A stretch of DNA of 64,000 nucleotides from assembly GCA_964016885.1 (NCBI GenBank), contig OZ024746.1, forward strand, positions 72,974,001 through 73,038,000, read 5' to 3'. Made by a program: the position numbers and the translations under genes. Positions 1 through 46,170 of the stretch are shown here, piece after piece (position 1 is the stretch's first letter; each line of letters starts with the position of its first letter). This stretch comes from Eledone cirrhosa. Lineage: Eukaryota. The notes under the pieces are model-generated. The model ran no database searches, was not told the DNA's origin, and saw only the letters and a list, made by a program, of their open reading frames with translations.

Positions 1-319
1 TGAAATCTATTTTGACTTTTAATGATCGGGTTGGAAAAGATAGACAGCAGCCTACACCTTGGGTTGATTATATCGACTAGGCATTTCAACGTAGGGGTCT
101 TTAACATTTCATAACGTCGTAGGGACAGCACATAACATAGGGCCTGTCATGTGCACTTAAACCTGATGGAGTCTTTTCCTCTTCAGGTCTAAGGCTGCTA
201 CGTAGGGGAATGAAACACACACCTTAATGATTAAGAAGTGAATCTGTTAACCATTCGTCAATATAGAGTCCACAAAATTACAATATATTCATAAGAAATA
301 CAGAGTAGAATACACTTAC

Positions 320-32477
<32,158 letters not shown>

Positions 32478-32524
32478 GGCGAAAGATTGCGTTCTGCAAG
32501 TGATAAATCTTAACGTCTTCCCGC

Positions 32525-32561
<37 letters not shown>

Positions 32562-32940
32562 AGGTTGTGTGTGGGTATGTGTGTAAGCTGTTACGTCTGA
32601 TTGTACCATAGCTGGTAACATAGGTAACAATGTTTGCCAAAATAATTATCAATGTTTACAAGATATAAATTATGAAATAAATCCTAGATTATATGTAATA
32701 TATCACTCTATATGAATTACTAATGGAGTCGTAGGGGCGTCACTGTGACATACGTTTTAAACATGGACGGCGCCGAGATAGAGAGAGGGAGAGAGAGCGA
32801 GAGAGAGCGAGAGAGAGAGAGAGAAAGTGTGTGTGCGTGTGAGAGAGAGAGGGGTAGAGAAGAAAGAATGTGTGTGTGTGTGTGTGAGAGAAAGAGAGGG
32901 AGAGAGATGGTGAAAGAGAGGAGGGGAACGAAAGAAATTA

Positions 32941-32983
<43 letters not shown>

Positions 32984-33319
32984 AAGAAAGTGTGTGTGTG
33001 AGAGAGAGAGAAAGAGGGAGAGAGAGAGATGGAGAAAGAGAGAAGGGGAAAGAAAGAAATTGTGAGAGAGAAAGAAAGAAAGTGTGTGTATGTGTGAGAG
33101 AGAGAGAAAGTGTGTGTGTGAGAGAGAGAGAGACAGAGAGAAAGTGGGAGAGAGAGGGAGGAAAGAAAGTAAGTGTGTGTGTGAGAGAGAGAGAGACGGA
33201 GAAATTGAGAGCGAGAGAGAAGGTGATAGATAGATAGAGATGTAAGTACTGCTTTCTTACTTTGAGCTAAGAACACCTTTGTACAGTTGATTGGATCCAA
33301 ACCAATAAATTACTGACAT

Positions 33320-33830
33320 GCCATGCTTTCCAGCATAGTTCCGTCCCTTTACGGTCTGAGTTCAAATCCCGCCCAGGTGGACTTTGCCTTTCATCCTTAC
33401 GGGGTCGATAAAATAAAGTACCAGTAATGCACTTGGTAATTGCTGGCCTTGTGCCTAAAGTAGAAACAATTATTCTATGTGGATTGGCAGTATCGGTAGA
33501 GGGTCTGACGCCATGCTTTGCAGCAAAGAGTTACGGCCCTTTATGGTCTGAGTTCAAATCCCGCCGAGGTTAACTTTGCCTTTCACCCTTACGGGGTCGA
33601 TAAAATAAAGTACCAGTAATGTACTTGGTAATTGCTGGCCTTGTGCCTAAAGTAGAAACAATTATTCTATTCACAACAATGCCGCTGGGTCATAGAATCG
33701 GTAGAAAACCGGAAAAAATGTCTTTCCGCGTATACTTACGTTCCTTTACATAGTAAGTTCACATCTCGCTTTCTCGCTGGTCGATGAAATAAGTACCAGT
33801 TACATATTGTGGGTCAATCTAATCGAATGC
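33320..33830 (+). mobile_element. Tandem tRNA-derived SINE copies (older copies at ~1640-1900, 8965-9150, 21360-21620, 48325-48730)
   Basis: B-box-like gagttcaaatcccgcc followed by the conserved core ctttgcctttcatccttacggggtcgataaaataaagtaccagt, twice. Confidence 0.75.
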
Positions 33831-34096
33831 ATTACATCACCAACCCAACATTTCTCGCATTGTTTTTGGAGATAAAATCATTATTTTTTGATAGCAGAGG
33901 TATAAAAAAGCCATATAACCTCAATGGTGTTTGATCTCGGAACGGAGAAAGAAGAAACTATACTGACAGTCTTAGTCGAGCACTCTACTTTTTCTGCTAA
34001 AATGGAGCACCATCGTATCATACATCATAAATCTCCAGGTTTGAACAATACTGATTGTTCCAGAAAGAAAAATAGATAGGGAGGGAGAGAGAGAGA

Positions 34097-34141
<45 letters not shown>

Positions 34142-34164
34142 AAAAATGACCCCAGTACGACTCA

Positions 34165-34940
34165 GACTCAGAAGCTCCCGCGTCTTGCGACGCATGAGGC
34201 AATCATAGTGTTCCACCGCGTTTGGTCAGCAGCCAGTTGCACAGCGTCCCGCCATTGTCTGTTTGTCGCTCGCAGGTCCCTCTCAACTGTCTGGCGCCAG
34301 TTCATTTTGGGTCGCCCTCTCCGTCTGCTTCCCTGTGGGTTCCATTTAAGTACTTGGTTCGCCAGTCTCTCCGGGGGAAGTCTCAAAGCGTGCCCAAACC
34401 AGCCCAGGCGTCGCTTGCAGATGGCAGAAGAGACTAGCTGTTGGTTGGTGCGGTTCCTGACTTCCTGGTTTGTTACATGGTCACTCCATTTAATCCCCAG
34501 GATCTTTCGCAGACACCTGGAATCGAATGCGTCCAACTTCTTCTCTTGGCTGGTCTTAAGGTGCCATGTTTCACTTCCGTACAAGAGTATGAACAGCACG
34601 TTGCTGTTGTAGAATCTCATCTTTGTTTTGAGGGTGAACTTCCTGCTCTTCCAGCTGGTTAAATGCTGCTGAAGCCTTTCCCATTCTACATTGCAATTCA
34701 CTGTCCATGGCGCCCCCATTGTCAATGGAGCTTCCTAGGTAGGTGAAGTTGTCCACTATCTCCCCCTCCCCTGTTCAATGAAAACACTAGTTGGTGATGG
34801 GTGTGTCCCAGATAACATGCTTTTGGTCTTCTTAGCACTGATATTGAGACCTAAGCTTCCTGCTTCGACATTTATATTGTTCATAATGATTTGCAGGTCA
34901 GCTGTGCTCTCTGCAAGTGCAACAATATCGTCCGCAAAGT
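34165..34940 (-). mobile_element. RTE-clade LINE 3' fragment
   Basis: FADDIVALA, DNFTYLGS, TKMRFYNSNVLFILLYGSETW, RRLGWFGHALR, GSRRRGRPK; ends in a short (ctcaga) repeat. Confidence 0.9.
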
Positions 34941-36484
34941 ACTTTATTTATTGAAATAGCAAAGAGATGGAAAGCAAAGTTGACCGTAGCAGGATTTGAA
35001 CTCAGAGTTCAGAAAACGGAATGAATACCACAAAACATATAATAGAAACGGCATAATGTCAGTTCAGTACATTGCATTGTATGATTAAGGTTAACACACA
35101 TTTGATATCTTGGGATTAGTGAAATATAGGTGGGGATTTGTGGTATTAGTTATGTTTACTCTTCGGCAAACAAATCACTTAACGTGATGTTATCACCTAA
35201 GTAACCTAATTTTGTTTTCAACTTCTTGATTGTTAACTAATCATTTCATGATAAATTTGGATAAAGCTTCAATTCATTCTCCGACATTGCATAGCAAGAA
35301 ATATATGCATTTAAATTTAACACACACATGCACGCACGCATGTATGTTATCTCTTTCTCTTAATTTCGAGTATATATTTTTTGACCGGCCACCCTCCTGG
35401 TGGCAAGGTTGTAAAAGAAAAGAAATTGTCATCCCTTGAATCGCAAGAATGTTTTGCAAATTTTGAAGGTGCCAGCTATCGCAGCCTGTATGTATGTATG
35501 AAGGAAAACTCTGATATAACACCTGCAACCCTGATGGTATCCAATGATGTTGACTTGTTATTCTTTTTAGTATATATCATCTTGGTTAAGAGAGTGGGAC
35601 TGGCTTTGTGCAGTGCCTTTGCTCACTATAAAAGCTTCACGGCACATGCATTACTTTATATCTGGAGATCTCTCTGCACTTGTCGTTACATGGTACCATG
35701 GGCCCAGCACTATGTGTCAATAATTGTCACAAGTGTAGTGTTTGTACCAGAGTTTTCAAGTCGCTGGCTGGACTAAAATGTCACACTCGTTCAGCGCATC
35801 GGTAGGGGTTCTCCTACATGGATATAAAGTAGTGGCCGTACTCGAAAACGAGTTGGCAGCCACCATGTATGTATGTATGCATGTATGTATGTATGTATGT
35901 ATGTATGTATGTATGTATGTATGTATGTATGTATGTATGTATGTATGTATGCATGCACGTATGTATGTATGTTCCCTGAGTTGCCTTCTCCTAGAAGAAT
36001 GCCCTGAAAAAGACTAGGGGTCCTTCACTCCCAGTGGTTTAACCACGTGATCGGGTGTCCAACACGACTATTTGTATGTCCCCGCGCATATACATACGCA
36101 TGCACCCATGTATATATATATATATATATACATACATATGTACATTTGTATATACATATTTACACACTTTTGGATGGCCGATGACTCTTATGGGATAACT
36201 CCGATATAAAACCTGCGGCTCAGTAGTTACCGATGATGTTGATCTTTTCTTCTTTTCGGGTTATAGCTACTGTCGCTCAGAGAGTGTGATTGGCTCAGTG
36301 CACAGTCTTTCCTCACTTTAAAAAAATATCTTCACGCACAGGCATTGCACGATAGAATTAATTAATAGTTATTAATAATGGTATAACGTGCAATGGCCAT
36401 ACTCGACAACGAGGGGGCAGCCATCATGTATGTATGTATGTATGTATGTATGTATGTATGTATGTATGTATGTATGTACGTACC

Positions 36485-38730
36485 GCCTGGTACGCGCAAA
36501 AGTGAAACTAATCACTAAACGTAAAATCCGGGCTCCTGGTGTTCCCCTGCCCTAAAGATTGAATGCTGCTCGTCTTAAGGATAAAAATGTGAAGAGGACA
36601 TTGCAAGAAGAGATGCAGGTTGCAGATCTTGGTGCCGATTGGCCGACCCTTAAAAAGTCGGTTTATGTTGTAGGCAGGCGTGTTCTGGGATTGGTGAAGA
36701 GAAAACATCAGGATTGGTTTAATGAGAATGATGTACATATAGAAGACTTGTTGGCTGATAAGAGGCGTGCTCTGTCACGCTACTTGACGGCAAAACCGCA
36801 GGAGAGGAATACGTTGCATGAGGAACTCAAGGATGAAAAATCACGTGTTAGGCGGAGTCTTTCTCAGATGAAGGATCAGTGGTGGGGTGAGAAGGCTGAT
36901 GAGATACAAACTGCGTCAGATTCCAATAACACAAAGCTGTTGTACAGTCTCTTGCGTGAAGTTTATGGACCGTCTTCTCCTCTGGTGACACCGCTTCGCA
37001 GCAAGGATAGCAAAGAACTTCTTCGTGACTCACAAGGAATTCTACGAAGGTGGCGAGAGCACTTTGATGATCTTTTGAATCAGCCGTCTGTCGTCAATGA
37101 AGATTTCCTCAATCTCATTCCAGAAAGTCCTGTGAAAGTAGCTCTCGCAGAACCTCCGACGCTTGTGGAGGTTGCAGTGGCTATCTCGAAGCTGAACAGT
37201 GGAAGGTCTCCAGGTATGGATGGCATACATGCTGAGCTCCTACAATATGGTGGTGAGAGACTCCTGCAACATCTTCACTCTTTGTTTGGCAGGATATGGG
37301 CTAATGAATCCGTACCTGAGGACTGGAGAGATGCAGCAATGGTGGTCTTGTACAAGGGAAAGATAACAGGAATGATTGTGGGAACTACAGAGGTATATCA
37401 TTGCTTTCTGTCGTAGGGAAAGTTTTATGTAGGGTGCTTCTGGATCGTCTGCTGACACACATTGCAGATTGTATTCTTCCTGAAAGTCAATCTGGTTTTC
37501 GTGCTGGACGCGACACTACTGATATGATCTTCTCAGCTAGACAGCTGCAGGAGAAGTGCATGGAACAAGGTTTGGATCTGTATCAGGTTTTTATCGATCT
37601 GACAAAAGCTTTCGATACTGTTAACAGAAATGCATTATGGAAGGTTCTCCAGAAACTTGGTTGCCCTGATAAGTTCCTTGCTTTAGTTAGGTCTTTCCAT
37701 GACGACATGAAGGCTTGGGTTAATGTCGGAGGTAACATGTCGGAGCCTATCTCAGTAAAAAATGTAGTGAAACAGGGGGATATTCCAGCACCGACCCTGT
37801 TTGCCATATATTTTGCAATGGTTTTCTGTATTGCATTCAGGAATTGCGAGCATGGTGTTTACATCCGATATCGAACCTCAGGCAGCATATTTAACATCAG
37901 GCGCTTCGCTGCAAAGAAAAAAGTATTTACATCAATCATAAGAGACCTCTTGTATGCAGATGATTGCGATCTTGTAGCGCACACAGAGAGTGATATGCAG
38001 TACATTTTGAATGCATTTTCTGACGCTTGCACTGCCCTAGGATTGACTGTCAGTCTCAAGAAAACCGTCGTCATGTACCAACCTTCCCCTGGTAAGCAGT
38101 ACAGTGAACCAAATATCTATGTGTATGGTAAACGACTTGGAGTGGTTGATCAGTTTGTCTACCTGGGAAGCACTGTCAATCGATACAGCAACCTTGATAG
38201 TGAAATCTCACTTAGGATTAGGAAAGCAAGTGATGCTTTCGGAAAGCTAGAAAGGCGACTCTGGGGTCGGCGAGACATATGCAAGAAGACAAAGGTAAAG
38301 GTGTACAAGGCATGTGTGCTCTCTTGTCTTCTTTATGCCCGCTAGACCTGGGTCACATATCGACACCACCTTAAGCAATTGGAGCGTTTTCATCAGATGT
38401 GTCTCAGACGGATCCATGGCGTTCACTGGAGGGACCACATCAGTGATGTCGAGATTTTGGAAAGCTCTATGTGTGACAGTGTAGAAGCTCTTGTGCTTAA
38501 GCAACGACTCCGTTGGAGTGGTCACCTTGCCAGGATGAAGGATTCTAGAATACCAAAACAACTCTTTTATGGAGAGTTAGTTAAAGGAAAACGACCGCCA
38601 CATAAACCAAAAAAGAGGTATATGGATTCCTCGAAAGCCTCTTTGAAAGACGCTAACATCTCTGCTGATACATGGGAAAATATTGCTGTTGATCGTAATA
38701 AATAGAGAAAGACTGTATATGAGGGAAAAG
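36485..38730 (+). mobile_element. 5'-truncated RTE (BovB-like) LINE, RT domain with one frameshift and one stop
   Basis: ORFs 36559-37416, 37401-38345 (ILPESQSGFR, FIDLTKAFDTV, VKQGDIPAPTLF, LLYADD, FVYLGS) and 38379-38705 (RLRWSGHLARM..RIPKQLFYGEL). Confidence 0.95.
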
Positions 38731-38739
38731 TTACCTTTG

Positions 38740-39008
38740 ATCCGTACCTTGTCCTAAGATCCGCTTGACTGCACTGGAGCGTTTGCTCTTTCGCTTTTTG
38801 TGGAAGGGACGCGCTCCGATGGTCAGGCGGTCCATCTGCTGTCAACACCCGCTACGTGGAGGGCTGGGAATGCCGTGGCTGATGATGCGCAGACACGCGC
38901 TCAGGCTACGAAATCTCCACCTCTTCCTCGACGGTGATCAGGTGTGGTCGCCGTTTGCTAGACGCGTCTTTCCCCCGATCGTCTCCTTGACGGAGCTGCA
39001 GTCCTGGT
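38740..39008 (+). mobile_element. L1/Tx1-type LINE ORF2 fragment
   Basis: LERLLFRFLWKGRAPMVRRSICCQHPLRGGLGMP matches the post-RT FLW...GGLG motif. Confidence 0.8.
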
Positions 39009-39009
39009 A

Positions 39010-39750
39010 ATCCGTGTAACCGATCGCATTATGAAGCTACGTATTCCTCTGAGACATGGCCGTTATGTAACACTTTTATCTGTTTATGCACCAACCCTAC
39101 AGGCTAGTGAGTTGGTCCTTGATCTATGAGTCCCTTTGTGCTGTCATTGCATGCACACCTGCTGACGATGAATTATTACTTCTCGGTGATTTTAATGCTC
39201 GTGTGGGTAGTGATCACGAAACAAGGGGCGTCTTCGGTCCATTTGGTTTTGATAAAATGAACACCAGCGGCTTGGGGCTGCTTGAATTCTGCTCAGAATT
39301 CAACTTAACCATTTGCAACATTCTTCCGTCAGAAACTCAAATATAAAGCTACCTGGTATCATCCAAGTTTCAAGCATGGGCACATGATTGATTTCATCAT
39401 CACTCGTAAACGAGATTTAAGTGATGTGAGTACAGTGCGTGTGTTGCGTAGTGCAGAATGTGGCACTGACCACAAATTAGTGCGAGGAAAGTTCAAGATG
39501 AGTATTCGCAAAAGAATTCGTATGAGTGGAGTGAAAGCACTGACACGCATTGATGTCACCAAACCGAGGCAAGCAGATGTACGTGCAACCCTAACTGAAA
39601 ACCTTGATAGTCTTGATTTTGATGGCACATGGGAAAACTTTAGAGATCAAGTTTACTCATTGAGAGCTGAGGTACTTGGCTTTAGAACCAAGAAACACTA
39701 GGACTGGTTCGATGACAACAATCCTAATATCAATCAGTTACTGAAAACCA
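39010..39750 (+). mobile_element. RTE LINE apurinic endonuclease fragment
   Basis: ISVYAPT, LLGDFNARVG, HMIDFIITRKRD, AECGTDHKLV. Confidence 0.88.
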
Positions 39751-40187
39751 TATATACAGGGGCGGTGGAACCGGGGTGGGGGAGACTCCCTCCCCACATT
39801 AATTATATTTTTATCCCTAAACTATCAAAACACATCTATTTGGATACGCGCTATAATTTATGTTCATGTTATATCTATCGGATAACGGAGTTTCTGACCA
39901 TTTTAGAGTGCAAAGAACTAAACTAATCACTACAACTAAATTGTCCTAATTTGGATCCCTCAATTCAGAAATGCTTCCACCGCCCCTGATAATGCAGGGC
40001 TTACATAATCTTTACATATGTATTTAGCTTTAATAATTCAGTATTACCATAGCTTTATTACATGTTAAAAATCGTGTAAATGTGCACGTGGACAACATAG
40101 CTGTCTCTTACATAAGTTTCTATTAAGATTTAATTATACAGGAATGTAGAATATTTAGAGAATCATCTGTCAAATAAAATGCATTTA

Positions 40188-40730
40188 TCTTCTTCTTCTT
40201 CTTCTTCTTCTTCTTCTTCTTCTTCTTCTTCTTCTTCTTCTTCTTCTTCTTCTTCTTCTTCTTCTTCTTCTTCTTCTTCTTCTTCTTCTTCTTCTTCTTC
40301 TCGAGAATATCGCGGGGGCAGAGTCCTTAAACATTCCTTTCAGCGGGTCCTATCAGAAGCAACCGTCTCCAACTGATCCGGCTGGATCCCCAAGCATGAC
40401 CAGCCAAGCTCATGGATGTTGTCCAACTATCTTGCTCGGGATCTACCCCTGGGTCTCTTGCCATTTGGTTTAACCCGTAAAATCTGTCCAGCGATTCTTT
40501 CCTGAGACATTCTAACCATATTCCCATAGTATCGGAGCTGTGATCTTTCAATTTGGACACTCTACCTGGAGTGACTCTCTGTTCTACGAGTTACGCACTT
40601 TATCGAGTAACGTTACTCCAAAGACCTCTCGAAGAAATCCTATTTCGGCCGCTTATATTGCTGATCGTATTCTTTCGGTCATTACCCAAGATTCATGACC
40701 ATAGGTAAGAGTTGGCACGGAAATCGAATT
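40188..40730 (-). mobile_element. (TCT)n tract plus degenerate RTE-type LINE 3' end
   Basis: A pure TCT run at 40188-40301 adjoins a minus-strand remnant resembling RTE C-termini; a similar piece lies at ~52440-52880 with (GAA)n. Confidence 0.6.
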
Positions 40731-41275
40731 GAAGATAGCTCTTATGCCTAAATAAGATGCATTTATGAAAGCATACCAAGGGAGATAACTACATGTTTCG
40801 TCTTAAAAGTTGTTTCTCTTTAATATTTTCTATTAGAGTAACAAAGCTATTATTTATTTATGAAACGAAAAGTCTTATGCTAGTCAAACGAAAAGCCTTA
40901 TGCTATTCAGTTTATGTCACAAATAACGTAGGGAAAATTGAACTAGACATCTACTCTTGATACCGCCTCTTTCGTACGTTAGTTCATATGAAACATCATA
41001 CATAAATATATACAACCTGATGATGTCGCTGCAATTCTACTGGTCATTGAAAGTTATATAGTATCTGCTGAAATAAATAATTTAAAGGAATCTCAAGTTT
41101 CCGGCTTCTTGTCACTTTATTCAATAATATTTAATTTTCACACACCACCAACAGAATCTTACACCAAAGATGATTGAGTTACGTCACGATGAGTGCTTTT
41201 CCTACTATTGTATCATAGTTAACTATACGCAATGACAAGTTCTCCCCAGTGGTGGTGAACCACCAACTTCAATGG

Positions 41276-41306
<31 letters not shown>

Positions 41307-41743
41307 CATTTTCTAAAGACCTATCCATTCTAAAGACCTATCCATTCTAAAGACCTATCCATTCTAAAGACCTATCCATGCAGGCTTCTTTTGAAACTAT
41401 CATATAATAGACATCTCACCGTCCGGTTTGTCTTTCTCTATTCTCCCTTCTTACCTCTATGTCTCAGTGTTATTCTATGTCTGTACGTTGGACTGTAGTC
41501 CATATTATTCTCTTCCGTGTTACTATTTCTCTCCTTACTATATGTTTACCCCTTTGGCTAAGCCCACGCGCATCATTCTCTCCCTTCTTTGTCAGCTGAC
41601 ATTTCATTTCGTTTTCGTTTCGTTATGTTAAAAAGAGCACATTTAGTTTAATCATAAGAATTCTCACTTCTACGGTACTGAGCAGTATAAACTAATTAAT
41701 TGTACTTTCAATAGATTATCAGTTTAGTTAAACAGTTGTTTAC

Positions 41744-41841
<98 letters not shown>

Positions 41842-42016
41842 CAAACATCACGGACGCTCTATCTCAAAATTATTTTTGAAAAGCATTAGAAATGCGCAAC
41901 CGGTAAAACTTAAAATCAAAACTGAATACTAACCAATACTATTACTAATTCTCACTTATTCCTAATTAAACTATTTTTCACTGTGAACAATTTGTCAGCA
42001 TTTTCTTTTCCGTTTA

Positions 42017-42367
<351 letters not shown>

Positions 42368-42368
42368 G

Positions 42369-42434
<66 letters not shown>

Positions 42435-42674
42435 GTATACACATGCAAATGTATGTTTGTGTATAATGTCAAAGAAATATTTGAAAATGAAGGGCGTATA
42501 TTTATTTACATTGTTGTTACATTCTCAGATAAGGGCGATTAATTTTATGCTTTAGCTAATCTGCCTCATCCATAAATACTGTATAATATTGTCACAACAA
42601 TAATGTAACATGTTGGACACGTTTTATAAATGTTATTTCTTCACTGATTATTTATTATGCTGTTACGTTTATGA

Positions 42675-43005
42675 AGGTGTATGGCTTAGTGGTTAGAGAA
42701 TTGGGCTTGCAATCGGGAGGTTGTGAGTTGGATTCTCGAACAGTGTGATGTGTTGTGTCCTTGAGCAAGACACTTTATTTCACGTTGCACCAGTTTATTC
42801 ATCTGTAGAAATGAGTTGCGACATCAAGCTGTATCGGCCATTACATTTCCCTAGAATAACATCGGTGGTGTGGAGAGGGAAGTCTGGTATACATGGGCGA
42901 CTCCTGGTCTTACACAAATAACTTTGCCCGGACTTGTACCTCGGAGGGGAACTTTCTAAGTAAAAATCCCATGGTTTCGGGATCGAAGTGGGGTCTTTTC
43001 CCCTT
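42675..43005 (+). mobile_element. tRNA-derived SINE (second family; related copies at 59388-59705 + and ~58625-58860 -)
   Basis: A-box tggcttagtggttag, degenerate B-box, core gtgtccttgagcaagacactttatttcac; colinear with 59388-59705. Confidence 0.78.
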
Positions 43006-43089
43006 TACGTTTATGTATTTATTTGGCAAGATATTTGGTGTGAAATCGAATGTTGAAACATTATGGTTATTTTGCCAATATTAACACAC

Positions 43090-43640
43090 GCACTAATAGA
43101 TTTTCACTTCAGCTTTATTTTTGGTTATTAAGTTAGTTCGTGAAAGCTTTTTCACCTCACGTTCTGTAACCTCCTCAATGACATTTATTCTTCTTCCATG
43201 TCTCTCCTCTTCTTTTTGGTCTTAATCCGTTTACACCACCTCGTCTTTCTGTGGTATATTTTCTTGTCTGCTTGTGTGTTTGCATCTGTGCCTCTGTGTG
43301 TGCCCGTGTGCCCCTCTCCCCGTGTGTGTGTGTGTGTTGGCATGTGTATGTTTGTCTTGTGTGCACTGTTTGTATCTATCTTCCTTTTTTCTCCTCGTGC
43401 CTCCTATTTTGTCTTCAGTTCTTAGTATTTAGGTTGAGGGTGTTACTATTCCATTCGTGTTTTCTGTTGAGGCTCAGTCTACCTTCTATTATGTGTGTGG
43501 TCTCCGTAATTTGTCGTTCTATGTGTAGATAGGCTCTTAATTTCTATCAAGGACCCATGTTCTAGTTTGGTATGTTGGTATAGCACTGACGAGCTTGTCT
43601 CCTCCTTAAGTTCTCGCCAGTGTTGTTTTATACGGGGACC
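43090..43640 (-). mobile_element. Penelope-like element 3' fragment, related to 9150-10075
   Basis: Minus strand RIKQHWRELKEETSSSVLYQHTKLEH vs RINEHWRDLQDNKESSVLYQHAKIEH. Confidence 0.78.
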
Positions 43641-43957
43641 GGTCAGCTTAATGATAACAGGCTATATGGTGGCCCCTCGTATCGATAAACTTTAGAAGTT
43701 GCTTGTTTTTATCTCTAAATACAACATGATAAACTCTGGTCAAGGATTACATGGAATTCACACCACCTAATCCAAGACCCGAAAGAAATGTGTATAATAG
43801 CTGAATAAATGTATGCACAAATTCCTATGACCTTCGCTAATAGTTACTCTTTTGTATGTATACTCCGCCTTGGACTACCAAAACGAACTTGGATTAGTTC
43901 ATGTCAGCGAGTGCTTTATGCTATTACCGTCATCCTTAACTGATTGCACCGTATAAA

Positions 43958-44040
<83 letters not shown>

Positions 44041-44224
44041 AAAACGTATGACCCCGACGGCAGACCTCAAGCCGTTTCGATGGCTATTTCTGGACTGAAA
44101 TAGCCGTCGAAACGAATTAAGCTCTGCCGTCGGGGTCATACTTTTTCCTATTACCCACTCTACTACCCTAAGTATTGAGTACTCTAGTGCGTCCATCTGG
44201 TTCCTTACCACATCTCCTTCGTTA

Positions 44225-44681
44225 TATATATATAAATCAGAGAATGTCTGTCTGTCTGTCTGACTCCCTAAAACTCGAGAACCACCCAACTGATTGTTTT
44301 CAAACTTTACACATGTAATATTTATGGTCCTGTGAGTGTTTTGAGCAAAAACGATATTTCGAATTTCAATGCCCTAGGGACCGCATTAAGCGATTTAGCG
44401 ATCTCTCTCTATAATTCTTAGTCTTTCTTTTTAGATAGATACATAGATATAACGTTGCGCCCTTATAATATCTGTCTGTATGTCTGGCTGTCTGATTACG
44501 ACATTATTACGCTATATGTGTGTGTGTATATATGTATATATAGTGTGTGTATATATATATATAGTGTGTAACGTTTTTCGAAATATTTACTTCTGCGTTC
44601 ACAAATTGATTTTTTTAGTTTCAGAAGATCCAGTTAAGGGTGAAAGCAGCGATTCTTTGCTTAAACTTTAATCTGTTATTT

Positions 44682-44751
<70 letters not shown>

Positions 44752-45163
44752 GTGTACAGATATTTTTGCATACACAATAACAAAATATAAACAAACGTAT
44801 TTATTTCACGAGGCTCGATAAGGATAAATATATATCAAATATATAAGAACCCTAGAGAAAATCCCCAGCAACGCCGGACCATTCTGCTAATATATATCTA
44901 AAACAGGGAATGTGTTTCTGTCTGACTCCCTAGAACCCGAGAACCACCCAACAGATTTTTTCAAAATTTACACATGTAATACTTATGGTCGTGTGAGTGT
45001 TTTGAGCAAAAAATATTCAAAATATTCAATGCCCTAGGGACCGTATTATGCGCCGGTTAGCGATATCTCTGACTTTCTTAGTCTGTATTTTTAGAAAGAT
45101 ATACAGCTATAACTTCGCGCCCTTATAATATCTGTCTGTATGTCTGGCTGTCTGAATTACGAC

Positions 45164-45201
<38 letters not shown>

Positions 45202-45315
45202 GTATGTAACGTATTTCGAAATAGTTACTTCTGCGTTCACAGATTGTTTTTTGTTTTGTTTCAGAAGATCCCGTTAAGGGTGAAAGCAGCGATTCTTTGC
45301 TTAAACTTTAATCTA
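44225..45315 (+). mobile_element. Two head-to-tail non-autonomous Helitron-like copies
   Basis: Repeated tctgtctgactcccta...gagaaccacccaac at ~44255 and ~44918; first copy ends atccccagcaacgccggaccattctgctaat; similar end with CTAG at 45905-45934. Confidence 0.65.
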
Positions 45316-46109
45316 ACATTGTGTACAAGGAGGTGCTACAATAATTTTTTAGGTAGACGAAGCAGAAAGGGATATACCCGATTGGCTGAAGAAGGACGAG
45401 ACTGTGTTAGTAGTACGACCAACGACTGCTATCACACCAACAGCAGCAAAAACAACAAAGAAATGACAGGGAACGCAATTACATGCTTTTGAAAAATCGT
45501 AATGGAAAATTATTTGTCTATTCCCCCAAGGCGACTTCAATTGTTATTAGGACTTCTGCATCAATTGGTGAACATACAACGAAACATTGAAAGGAGTAAG
45601 ACCACACCACTCTCCACCACTGCAGTCCCACATGCTTACTGCTCTGTAACTTTTGCTTTCATTGTACCATAGCACAACAAATACATGTTCGGTTTGTCCA
45701 ATGCCTTTTTACTTAACCCTATCGTCTTGGCTTTCGTGGGTTGAACATTTTACTCTCAGGCACCCAATTAAGTTAAACCCCTGGTAATCTACGACGAATT
45801 ATTTTTATAAGCACAAAATGTAGACACCAACCCAGACCGATGTATTCCGTACTTCTCTGTACTGTTTCAGAAATGAGGGATAAACATGCCAATCTATGTT
45901 TAGAATCCCGAGCAACACCGGGCCATTCTGCTAGTATATATATAGTTTTTATACGGTGCAATCCAGTATTCCGATGATTTGATCAGAGACGCACCCTGTA
46001 TTTAAGGTCGAGTGACGCAACTTCGAGTGATCAGCGGCCTTTAGACTCACCTGATCAACGAAACAATTGTTAATACTGTAAATAAACCCCTTTTTACTAC
46101 TAATAATAC

Positions 46110-46170
<61 letters not shown>

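Noticed and set aside
42675-42760. tRNA gene
   Set aside because: Only degenerate A/B boxes lead into a SINE body, and no cloverleaf can be formed.
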